Source of the DNA: Nanobdellota archaeon
Lineage (GTDB): Archaea; Nanobdellota; Nanobdellia; Parvarchaeales; Parvarchaeaceae
Direction of reading: 5' to 3'
Length of the DNA: 42,803 nucleotides
Assembly (NCBI GenBank): GCA_021798355.1
Contig: JAJZMG010000001.1
Span: forward strand, 1 to 42,803
The notes beneath the pieces are model-generated. The model was not told where the DNA came from. It ran no database searches and was given only the letters and a program-made list of their open reading frames with translations. The translations under genes were made by a program, and so were the position numbers. Shown here piece by piece: positions 36,033 to 42,803 of this stretch (position 1 is its first letter; each line of letters starts with the position of its first letter).

Positions 36033-36105
36033 TGGGCCCAGGGAGATTCGAACTCCCGGCCTTCTGCGTGTAAGGCAGACGTCATAACCGCTAGACCATA
36101 GGCCC
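36033..36105 (-). tRNA. tRNA-Val (anticodon TAC)
   Basis: Hand-folded on the minus strand. The acceptor is GGGCCUA/UGGGCCC with discriminator A. The anticodon stem is UCUGC/GCAGA with loop CU-UAC-AC. The T arm is GGGAG-UUCGAAU-CUCCC. No CCA is encoded. Confidence 0.9.
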
Positions 36106-36160
36106 TTACAACTTTTTAAGTAATGTTTATTATTTAAATTATCACTTATCTCATAATAGT

Positions 36161-36742
36161 ATGAAAAGGCTATCTGTGATAGTGTCTGATTTTGACGATA
36201 CCTTATTTTTTAATAAAACGGCACTAGTTTCGGCAGCAAAGGATCTATACGAAACCGTACTGATGGAGAAAAACAGTGAGGAGGACTATAAAACGCTGAA
36301 TGATCTTGAAATTACTATAGGAAAGGGCAAAATTCCCAAAGGCTTCAGCAAAAAATGGAAGAGCGAGTTGTATACGCTTGCTTATGTGAAATATAACGGC
36401 AAGCTTTTGCCAAATGAACCACTTATTAAATACTTAAATGAAGGAATCATGGGTGGAAACCAGCTTATAATCTTAAGTGCAAGAGGGGAAGAATTTAGGG
36501 AGCAGACAGAAGCACTGTTAAATGCGTATAGTTTGAATTACAGTGAGGTAATACTTGCAGAAAATCATGAGTTAAAAGATGAAGAATGGAAATTGTTGAA
36601 AATAAAGGAACTCAGCGAAAAATACGATCATTTGATTTTATTTGAAGACAAGGAGGAAAACATAAGGTATATCCTAAATAATCTAAAGGTAGACAATATC
36701 GAATGTTATTTAGTAGACCATTCAATTATTACAAAAATTTAG
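36161..36742 (+). CDS. HAD-superfamily hydrolase-like protein
   Basis: 193 aa with motif I VIVSDFDDTLF (DxDxT), motif II ILSARG and a distal acidic motif LFEDKEEN. Confidence 0.6.
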   Translation: MKRLSVIVSDFDDTLFFNKTALVSAAKDLYETVLMEKNSEEDYKTLNDLEITIGKGKIPKGFSKKWKSELYTLAYVKYNGKLLPNEPLIKYLNEGIMGGNQLIILSARGEEFREQTEALLNAYSLNYSEVILAENHELKDEEWKLLKIKELSEKYDHLILFEDKEENIRYILNNLKVDNIECYLVDHSIITKI

Positions 36743-36797
36743 TTGCGTCCTAAAATAAACATTTTTATTGTCTGCGCAATTAAATGGTTTGTTAAAT

Positions 36798-36871
36798 GGG
36801 CTCGTAGCTTAACTCGGTAGAGCATCCGGCTCTTAACCGGATTGTTGCGGGTTCAAATCCCGTCGAGCCCA
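36798..36871 (+). tRNA. tRNA-Lys (anticodon CTT)
   Basis: Hand-folded. The acceptor is GGGCUCG/CGAGCCC with discriminator A. The anticodon stem is UCCGG/CCGGA with loop CU-CUU-AA. The T arm is GCGGG-UUCAAAU-CCCGU. No CCA is encoded. Confidence 0.9.
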
Positions 36872-37069
36872 TTTATGTGCGGGGGTATATGATATCTCAT
36901 TCTTAATTTCCCACTTTCCAAAAATACCATAAATATCGTAATACGATTCCAAAGTAATGTCGAATAGACTTATCAGTGATATAAGGATATTTTCAAGGTA
37001 ACTTCTACTATAACTCGAGGCTAATTTAGGTAAAATATCAATAATTATTGAGTTTTATTTCCAATGAAA

Positions 37070-37085
37070 AGTTCGAGAGTTCGAG
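37070..37085. repeat. Tandem 8-bp direct repeat AGTTCGAG x2 in the tRNA-Lys/pilin intergenic region
   Basis: Read directly from the sequence. It is followed at 37099-37119 by an imperfect palindrome, TTGAG(G)GATA-TAGC-TATCTCAA. Confidence 0.6.
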
Positions 37086-37180
37086 ATATTAAATTGTTTT
37101 GAGGATATAGCTATCTCAAGGAAATGGGACTAGCCGCACCAGTAAAATGGCAAGTGTCTTTTTGATGGTTTTTGTTAAGG

Positions 37181-37193
37181 AATATATATATAA
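37181..37193 (+). promoter_or_regulatory. TATA-like element (AATATATATATAA) upstream of the large pilin gene
   Basis: It lies 19-31 nt upstream of the ATG at 37212, consistent with a leaderless transcript. Confidence 0.4.
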
Positions 37194-37211
37194 TTTGTTA
37201 ATATTAATTAT

Positions 37212-38750
37212 ATGAGCTTGACGCATAAATCGCAATCAGCATTGGAGTACATGATGACCTATGGCTGGGCAATTTTAATTATAGTCATCGTAGCTGTAAT
37301 CCTTTACAGCATGGGAATCTTTAATCCAAGTTCCAGTATAACATTCACAAGCTCTGGTTTCTCACCCTTTACAATATCCTCAGTCATCTGCTCACAGGAT
37401 GGTTTATCATTCTCCGTTTTAGCCGGGCCAATGCCCAATGGAGCATACTCAATGTCAATAAATAGTTTTTACATAGTTTCCTCATCAGGCACAAATACCT
37501 CTAGAATAAGTTACACCTTGTCAAGTCCAATAACATTGACATCAGGAAAAACAGGAGTAATAGCAGTTCCAAATGTAGTTTGTCCTTCAGCTGGCACAAA
37601 AGTTTCCATGTCTGCCAATCTTGAGTATAGCTATTCAACAACTGCAGGCAAGGTAGTAACAAATACTACTGGCACATTGGCAGGAACTGCCACTCATGGT
37701 CCAACTTTGCCGGCAGGCATAGCATACTATTCACAGTTAACAGTATCAAACAGCCAGTCAACAGCAACCCCTTCACCATTCCAGCAGATGGTTAACTTTA
37801 CATCTAGCGATCCAGGCTGGACAAGCATATCTACTAACAATTTTGGCCAGAATGTTGAATTCTTCTATTATAATGGAACAGTCATTCCTTCTTGGCTAGA
37901 AAATTATACATCAAGTCATGCGTTATGGTGGGTAAAGGTCGGCAGCATTCCGGCTTCATCCTCAATAACAATTTACATGGGCTTTGCTTCTTCATCAACA
38001 AATTTTTTCAACACTAATGATGTAGGAGAAGCGCCACAACTTTCTTCGACATACGCAGAATATGATGATGGGGTTAATATATTTGATATATATTTTAATG
38101 GTAATGCCCCTATATCTGATTTTACTTCACCTGTAACTGGTTCAATCACTCAAACAACATCAACATTTAGTAATGGAAACACAGTTAAAGTTTTAAATTT
38201 TACAGTAACGACCCCCTACGCAGAAGCATCAAACGATGCATTCATATACGTAGCTTCATCAATTATAAATGCTCCAGATTATTATATAGGAGAGGCTAGT
38301 TTTGCCTCAGATGGTACTAACCAACCTTTTAGTGTGGTTGGATTAGGAGAAAATTCTGGTAACGGGTTATCTGATAATGTTATAACTAGTATGACCCAAT
38401 GGAATAATGCATATTTTGGGCAATCATATGTTTTAAATGGGGCTCTTTATGGCTCTTTAAATTTGCAAGGAATAACAACAGCAACTTGGAGATATTCTTC
38501 ATTAACCTATTCATCATCTTCGGGTTATAGTAGCTATATAGCTCCTCAACTATACTCAACAATAGGAGGATATTCAGGAACAATTGGGGCGAATCCTATT
38601 TCAAGTATTACACCACTTTATTTTGTTATTTATCCCGACACTTCTGTAGGCTCCGATTCTACACGAATATTAATGATAAATTGGGCTCGTGTCCGTGCCT
38701 ACCCTCCAAATGGAGTCATGCCTTCCGTGAGCTTCGGCAGCGTTTCTTAA
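37212..38750 (+). CDS. Large pilin-like surface protein: class III signal peptide plus DUF2341-like/lectin-like extracellular domains
   Basis: 512 aa. The N-terminus KSQSALEYMMTYGWAILIIVIVAVIL is the classic PF04021-type class III signal. The central block YSQLTVSNS...PFQQMVNF...NVEFFYYNGTVIPSWLENYTS.HALWWVKVGSIPASSSITIYMGF resembles DUF2341. The protein is Ser/Thr/Asn-rich with many sequons. Confidence 0.7.
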   Translation: MSLTHKSQSALEYMMTYGWAILIIVIVAVILYSMGIFNPSSSITFTSSGFSPFTISSVICSQDGLSFSVLAGPMPNGAYSMSINSFYIVSSSGTNTSRISYTLSSPITLTSGKTGVIAVPNVVCPSAGTKVSMSANLEYSYSTTAGKVVTNTTGTLAGTATHGPTLPAGIAYYSQLTVSNSQSTATPSPFQQMVNFTSSDPGWTSISTNNFGQNVEFFYYNGTVIPSWLENYTSSHALWWVKVGSIPASSSITIYMGFASSSTNFFNTNDVGEAPQLSSTYAEYDDGVNIFDIYFNGNAPISDFTSPVTGSITQTTSTFSNGNTVKVLNFTVTTPYAEASNDAFIYVASSIINAPDYYIGEASFASDGTNQPFSVVGLGENSGNGLSDNVITSMTQWNNAYFGQSYVLNGALYGSLNLQGITTATWRYSSLTYSSSSGYSSYIAPQLYSTIGGYSGTIGANPISSITPLYFVIYPDTSVGSDSTRILMINWARVRAYPPNGVMPSVSFGSVS

Positions 38751-38970
38751 AAGTATTTGCTTTTATTGGCTATCTGAATTAGAATTCGCTCCTACTAGAG
38801 TCCTTAGTCCCCGTCTAGCGGCAGCCTTGCTGCGCGCGATAACCAAACTATCTATTATAGTTAAGTTTAATTACTTCTTAATTATCCCCTCCTTTTATAT
38901 TTTGGGGTATAGTCTCTGGCTTGTTACTGTGAAGATATTTGAAAGTATTTATACTAATTAAAATCTAGAC

Positions 38971-38979
38971 TATTTAAAA
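38971..38979 (+). promoter_or_regulatory. TATA box (TATTTAAAA) for the tandem kinase-like gene
   Basis: It starts 23 nt upstream of the ATG at 38994. Confidence 0.4.
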
Positions 38980-38993
38980 GTGATAATAATTTT

Positions 38994-40433
38994 ATGGAAG
39001 AACACACTACTGATTCGCGTAAGCTTGAAGATATTCTCAAAAATAACAGCAATATTAATATGGCTGAAAGCACAAGAAAACGCCTTTCGGATTTTGATGT
39101 GGAAATGCTTAGCGGGCTTGTTAAGGAGGAGTTAAAAACCGATAGTTTAGAGGGCTATTTCTTCAAAAATTTTATAGAAGATGTGCATCTGCCTCCATAT
39201 AATTTGGAAGGCCGTTTTGAGCTTATGAAAAAACAGTATGAAGCGGCTCCCAAATACATAGTTAAGCCCATTCTGGCTGTTAAAGTAAATGGAGAAAAAG
39301 AGAAAATATCCGGATATATCTTAGAAAAATTAAGTGGCATAACACTTCACGAAGCAATAAACAATGATCTAGTAAGTAGCTACAACTATAGTATCCCGGG
39401 CGAGCTTAATACGGCTATAAAGGAACTAAATAGAAGAGGATGCGTTCATGGGGATATACACCCTAGCAATATTATCTTAACAGAAACAGGAATAAAACTG
39501 ATAGATTCTTTATATGTTGTAGATGGGCAAAAATACGACAGATTTTTTGAAATGCTGCGAGAACGCGATGTAATAATGTTTAAAGCTTTAAAAAAGACTC
39601 TGCAAGTCGCAGCTAATGGATACTTTAATAAAGCAACTCAGGACGGGTTCTCTTATTTCAGAAGTCTTGTCAATAACTACCTACCATCACAAGATTTTTT
39701 CTCATTTAAGCTAATTCTAAATAAGAAAGACCTGAAAAATGTAAAAGGTAATTTACCTTTGATAAAATGGTTTATTACTGAGGATATGGCACCAAAATAT
39801 TGGGAATCATTCTTTTTCAGGCCAGAAAAAGAATCCTTTACTGTAGACGAAATAAAGAGTGTATCCGCTTACAAAGATCTTGATCATTTTATGAAGGAAA
39901 AATTTACCTATATGAAAAATCTCCATGATATATGCCCAGACAAAGTAGTCTCTCCTATAAAGGTAATGCTGCCGGCGTCAAATTGTAAAGGTGGGTACAA
40001 AATCGGAGAAAAATATTTATCCTATGAAAATAATTACTCCTTTAAATACAAAAGCAACCTGGAAAAAATTCCAGGAGGGTATATAGTTGAAGGGGTGGAA
40101 GGTGAATCACTATATTCTGTGCTTGAAAAAGGGCATATAAATAATTACAAAAATATCTTTGAGCAGGTAAATGAAACCATACAAAAGCTCCATAGCAATG
40201 GATATGCTTATGGAGATCTAAATGATAGAAAAATAATGCTAACTAGACACGGCATAAAGTTGCTTGATATTTTTGATTCTTTAGGTTACGTAGTTTTAAA
40301 GCCGAAAAATGGGATTCTGCCCTTGGATGTTTTCGACTGCGATTACAAAATTAAAAAGATGGAAGCTTTGATGGTTTCTGATAATTCTAACCTCAAAAGA
40401 TTAGAAAAGACTTTAAACGAATACAAAGATTAA
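38994..40433 (+). CDS. Tandem atypical (Bud32/RIO/Kdo-like) protein kinase fold: probable active repeat plus degenerate repeat
   Basis: 479 aa. Repeat 1 reads GYILEKLSGITLHEAI ... LNRRGCVHGDIHPSNIILTETGIKLIDSL (HGD..xxN catalytic loop and D of the DFG-equivalent). Repeat 2 reads GYIVEGVEGESLYSVL ... LHSNGYAYGDLNDRKIMLTRHGIKLLDIF, where His is replaced by Tyr and Asn by Lys. Confidence 0.55.
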   Translation: MEEHTTDSRKLEDILKNNSNINMAESTRKRLSDFDVEMLSGLVKEELKTDSLEGYFFKNFIEDVHLPPYNLEGRFELMKKQYEAAPKYIVKPILAVKVNGEKEKISGYILEKLSGITLHEAINNDLVSSYNYSIPGELNTAIKELNRRGCVHGDIHPSNIILTETGIKLIDSLYVVDGQKYDRFFEMLRERDVIMFKALKKTLQVAANGYFNKATQDGFSYFRSLVNNYLPSQDFFSFKLILNKKDLKNVKGNLPLIKWFITEDMAPKYWESFFFRPEKESFTVDEIKSVSAYKDLDHFMKEKFTYMKNLHDICPDKVVSPIKVMLPASNCKGGYKIGEKYLSYENNYSFKYKSNLEKIPGGYIVEGVEGESLYSVLEKGHINNYKNIFEQVNETIQKLHSNGYAYGDLNDRKIMLTRHGIKLLDIFDSLGYVVLKPKNGILPLDVFDCDYKIKKMEALMVSDNSNLKRLEKTLNEYKD

Positions 40434-40488
40434 GTGTCAAAATATAATTTTTATAAAGCTATTAATCCTTTGATTTGTATCTAATATT

Positions 40489-41241
40489 ATGCAGTCTTTA
40501 CAGGGATTTTTCAGCAGGCACGCAAAGGAATACGCAAGCAGCGAGAGCCACATGCACGGAAAAGACCTAGATTTACTTATTTCAATGCTGGATTTGAAGA
40601 AAAGCTACAAAGCGTTGGACATAGGCACAGGCCCAGGATTCGTAGCGTTCGAAATGTCAAGTAAGGTAGCAGTTTCCGTCGGTTTAGACATGAATGATCA
40701 TATGCTTGATATTGCTGTTAGAAAAGCGGAAGATGAAAATAATTATAATGTTGTTTTTGTAAAAGGAGATGCTTTATCCCTGCCGTTTCCAGATAACTCC
40801 TTTGATATAGTAACGTGTAGGAGGGCTATGCATCACATTAAAGACAAGAAGAAGTTTATAGAAGAAGTATGGAGAGTACTTAAAAAAGGAGGCAAGTTTG
40901 GCATAACCGATTTATTAAAGCCGATGGGAGACAAGAAAGACATTTTCAACAAATTTGAAAAAGCAAGAGATATGACTTATGTTGGCTCGGAATCACTCGA
41001 TTCTTGGTTCAAAATGCTAAAGAATAATGCATTTGAAATAGACAATTTTAACACATTCGAAATGAAAGAAACTTTTCAATCTTGGCTTTCGCCTTTAAGC
41101 GAAAATAGTTTAGAAGGCAGAAGATCTAAAAAGCTACTTGACAGTAATATTGATTATTTTGAGAAGGTCTTTGGATACAACAAAGAAAGTGGTTATTTTA
41201 ATAAATCCAGGATGGTTATAATTGCGAAGAAGCCGAAATAA
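40489..41241 (+). CDS. Class I SAM-dependent methyltransferase (UbiE/Methyltransf_11-like)
   Basis: 250 aa with motif I ALDIGTGPGFVA, post-I GLDMN and a motif II/III region (GDALSLPFPDNSFDIVTCRRAMHH). Confidence 0.8.
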   Translation: MQSLQGFFSRHAKEYASSESHMHGKDLDLLISMLDLKKSYKALDIGTGPGFVAFEMSSKVAVSVGLDMNDHMLDIAVRKAEDENNYNVVFVKGDALSLPFPDNSFDIVTCRRAMHHIKDKKKFIEEVWRVLKKGGKFGITDLLKPMGDKKDIFNKFEKARDMTYVGSESLDSWFKMLKNNAFEIDNFNTFEMKETFQSWLSPLSENSLEGRRSKKLLDSNIDYFEKVFGYNKESGYFNKSRMVIIAKKPK

Positions 41242-41284
41242 AAAAAGGTATAATTTTTAAAAGATAGAAAGTACTAAACTAATA

Positions 41285-42193
41285 ATGATAATTGCTTTGT
41301 TATCGGCTAAGCCGTTTGAAGAGGAAAAGCTTAAGAAAATAATATCTAAAAAATTAGATCTTATAAATAATGTACAGATAGCTTTAGACAAAAATGACAA
41401 TTTGATTCTCTATTCTGTAGATTTCCCCAAATCAATACTTTCTGTTCTTTATATTTTATCAATTGCAAACTATGCTTATTTTATTGCAGATAGTGAAATA
41501 AACGCATTAGATGCAGAGCTTGCACTTTGCATTGAGAATTCAAGCGTAGAGGAAGGTTTAATAATAAAAGATGAATACTCCGATATAAATTCTTTCGACA
41601 AGTTCTTCGAAAAATATAAGATAGGAAAGTTCAAAAAAGCTGATTTAACTTCAATTCCATCCGAATTAACAAAACAAACGGAAAAAGATTTTAAGTATGT
41701 CTCTATAGACAAGCATTTTATTGTTAAAGGGATAGGGTCAGTCGTAATTGGTTTTGTATTAGGCCAATCAATTAAAAAAGGGGAAAAACTGCTGCTTCTG
41801 CCGTTATTAAAGCAGTGCAGTATAAAGAGCATACAAATAATGGATTTAGACAGCGAATATGCGGACACAGGATCTCACGTAGGTTTGGCCTTGAATAATG
41901 TTTCGGAGTCAGATTTATCTAATAATTATGCAGTATCTTCAATAAGCAAAGTTAATGACGTGTTTGATGTTAAATTAACATTATCCCCATTTTACAAGGA
42001 GAATCCGTTCTCTAAACAACTCTCCTGCTCCTTTTTTGGTGAACCGCTAAGCCTTACTCTTTCAAAGAATGAAAATTCTATAAAAGTTCATTTTAATAAG
42101 AAGGTACCTGAAATAAAAGGAGCCTATTTGATTACAGACTCAAGTCTTGCCATAGGTAAAAACAGAGTGGTTGGTAAAATTGAAGTGATATAA
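41285..42193 (+). CDS. EF-Tu/SelB/aIF2-gamma-like protein with degenerate (motif-less) G domain and intact beta-barrel domains II/III
   Basis: 302 aa. The central FIVKGIGSVVIGFVLGQSIKKGEKLLLLP..KQCSIKSIQIMDLDSEYADTGSHVGLAL is a translation-factor domain II pattern. The N-terminal roughly 135 aa align in order with G-domain strands, but P-loop, DxxG and NKxD are replaced by IIALLSAKPF, VDFPKS and IIKDEYSD. Confidence 0.55.
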   Translation: MIIALLSAKPFEEEKLKKIISKKLDLINNVQIALDKNDNLILYSVDFPKSILSVLYILSIANYAYFIADSEINALDAELALCIENSSVEEGLIIKDEYSDINSFDKFFEKYKIGKFKKADLTSIPSELTKQTEKDFKYVSIDKHFIVKGIGSVVIGFVLGQSIKKGEKLLLLPLLKQCSIKSIQIMDLDSEYADTGSHVGLALNNVSESDLSNNYAVSSISKVNDVFDVKLTLSPFYKENPFSKQLSCSFFGEPLSLTLSKNENSIKVHFNKKVPEIKGAYLITDSSLAIGKNRVVGKIEVI

Positions 42194-42195
42194 CT

Positions 42196-42803
42196 CTAGA
42201 ATATATCAGGAAGCTTTTTTAGTGTTTTATAATAGTTTAATGCCCTTTTTATGCCTTCATCCGCGCCTACCATTGCAGAGAAGCCTAATTTTTCCCGGCT
42301 TTTTTGAGTATCTGCATGCACTATATCAACATAATTTTTAAGAGGGTTCTCTATGTTTTTTGTCTTTATTTTCTTTCCCATGGCATTTCCCACTTTTTCT
42401 ATTATCTCATTAAATGAATAGGATGTACCTGTTCCAACATTAAATATCCCGTTCTCCCTGCTTTTAGATGCAATTAAATTAGCAGATACGACATCCGATA
42501 TATTTACTAAATCCCTCTTCTGCGTACCATCTCCATATACTATAACTTCTTTATCTAGCATGCCTTTCCAAATTATCTGTGATACCATATTTGCAAATGT
42601 TTTTTTACTTTCTTCTCTATCTCCATATACACTAAAATACCTTAGGCCACAGTACTCCAATCCATACATTTGCCGAAAAAGGTCTGCGAGTCTTTCCATA
42701 GAGTACCTTGCTTCTGTATAAAAATCTTTTACTTTTGGGATTGCCACTTCATTATGTGGGGGAGGATACCCGTTGTATATTGATGAGCTGGAAGCAAAAA
42801 CAA
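42196..42803 (-). CDS. NAD-dependent epimerase/dehydratase (GalE-like), 5'-truncated by the window edge
   Basis: The C-terminal blocks CGLRYFSVYGDRE and VYGDGTQKRDLVNISDVV are present. The frame stays open upstream of the GTG at 42747 to the window end (..FASSSSIYNGYPPPHNE..), so the gene continues beyond 42803. Confidence 0.8.
   Translation of the reverse strand, partial: VFASSSSIYNGYPPPHNEVAIPKVKDFYTEARYSMERLADLFRQMYGLEYCGLRYFSVYGDREESKKTFANMVSQIIWKGMLDKEVIVYGDGTQKRDLVNISDVVSANLIASKSRENGIFNVGTGTSYSFNEIIEKVGNAMGKKIKTKNIENPLKNYVDIVHADTQKSREKLGFSAMVGADEGIKRALNYYKTLKKLPDIF

Noticed and set aside
36798-42200. Possibility that tRNA-Lys marks an integrated element carrying the giant pilin, tandem kinase, methyltransferase and pseudo-GTPase genes
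   Set aside because: I found no integrase gene and no direct repeat of the tRNA-Lys 3' half downstream by eye. Only an 8-nt GGGCTCGT match occurs, inside the pilin CDS. I saw no obvious compositional break. It remains only a weak possibility and is covered under the intergenic finding.
1-42803. Search for CRISPR arrays, cas genes, IS elements/transposases, rRNA genes, inteins and long direct repeats
   Set aside because: I saw no regularly spaced repeat arrays, no DDE/HUH/serine/tyrosine recombinase-like ORFs and no rRNA-like GC-rich blocks. The polymerase and synthetase genes have normal lengths without intein-like insertions.

Overview
This is a visibly AT-rich, gene-dense archaeal chromosomal window with many 1-4 nt ATGA-type gene overlaps. 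It opens with the conserved RNA polymerase/str operon: rpoH, split rpoB (B'' then B'), rpoA', rpoA'', L30e, NusA, S12 and S7. The remainder is mostly housekeeping: TrmI, ABCE1, ThrRS, GatD/GatE, FtsZ, a parvulin PPIase, NUDIX, a Cld/HemQ-like protein, three tRNAs, and small metabolic or membrane proteins. I found no rRNA, CRISPR array, transposase or integrase. Split rpoB, GatDE, ABCE1 and class III signal peptides establish Archaea. A small-genome lineage (DPANN-like or Thermoplasmata-like) is only a guess. Six genes encode proteins with archaeal type IV pilin (class III) signal peptides. One is an unlisted 58-aa ORF and one is a 512-aa pilin::DUF2341-like fusion. No assembly ATPase, platform protein or prepilin peptidase is in the window. 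The best candidate for an undescribed system is the co-directional cluster at about 19.65-23.7 kb. It runs pilin, N-glycosylation-rich membrane protein, unknown protein, KaiC/RecA-like protein with an aberrant Walker A, degenerate KaiC-like domain fused to an MglA/CvnD-type small GTPase, then Roadblock/LC7 (MglB-like). Other unusual proteins:
- an Endo IV/xylose-isomerase-fold TIM barrel with a roughly 200-aa coiled-coil insertion and a G/S/Y-rich tail, translationally coupled to an NTase/HEPN-like protein;
- an HEIGH metalloprotease-like gene coupled to ABCE1;
- a tandem Bud32/RIO/Kdo-like kinase plus degenerate kinase repeat;
- an EF-Tu/SelB-like protein with all G-motifs lost.
All functional calls come from by-eye motif recognition, since no searches could be run.
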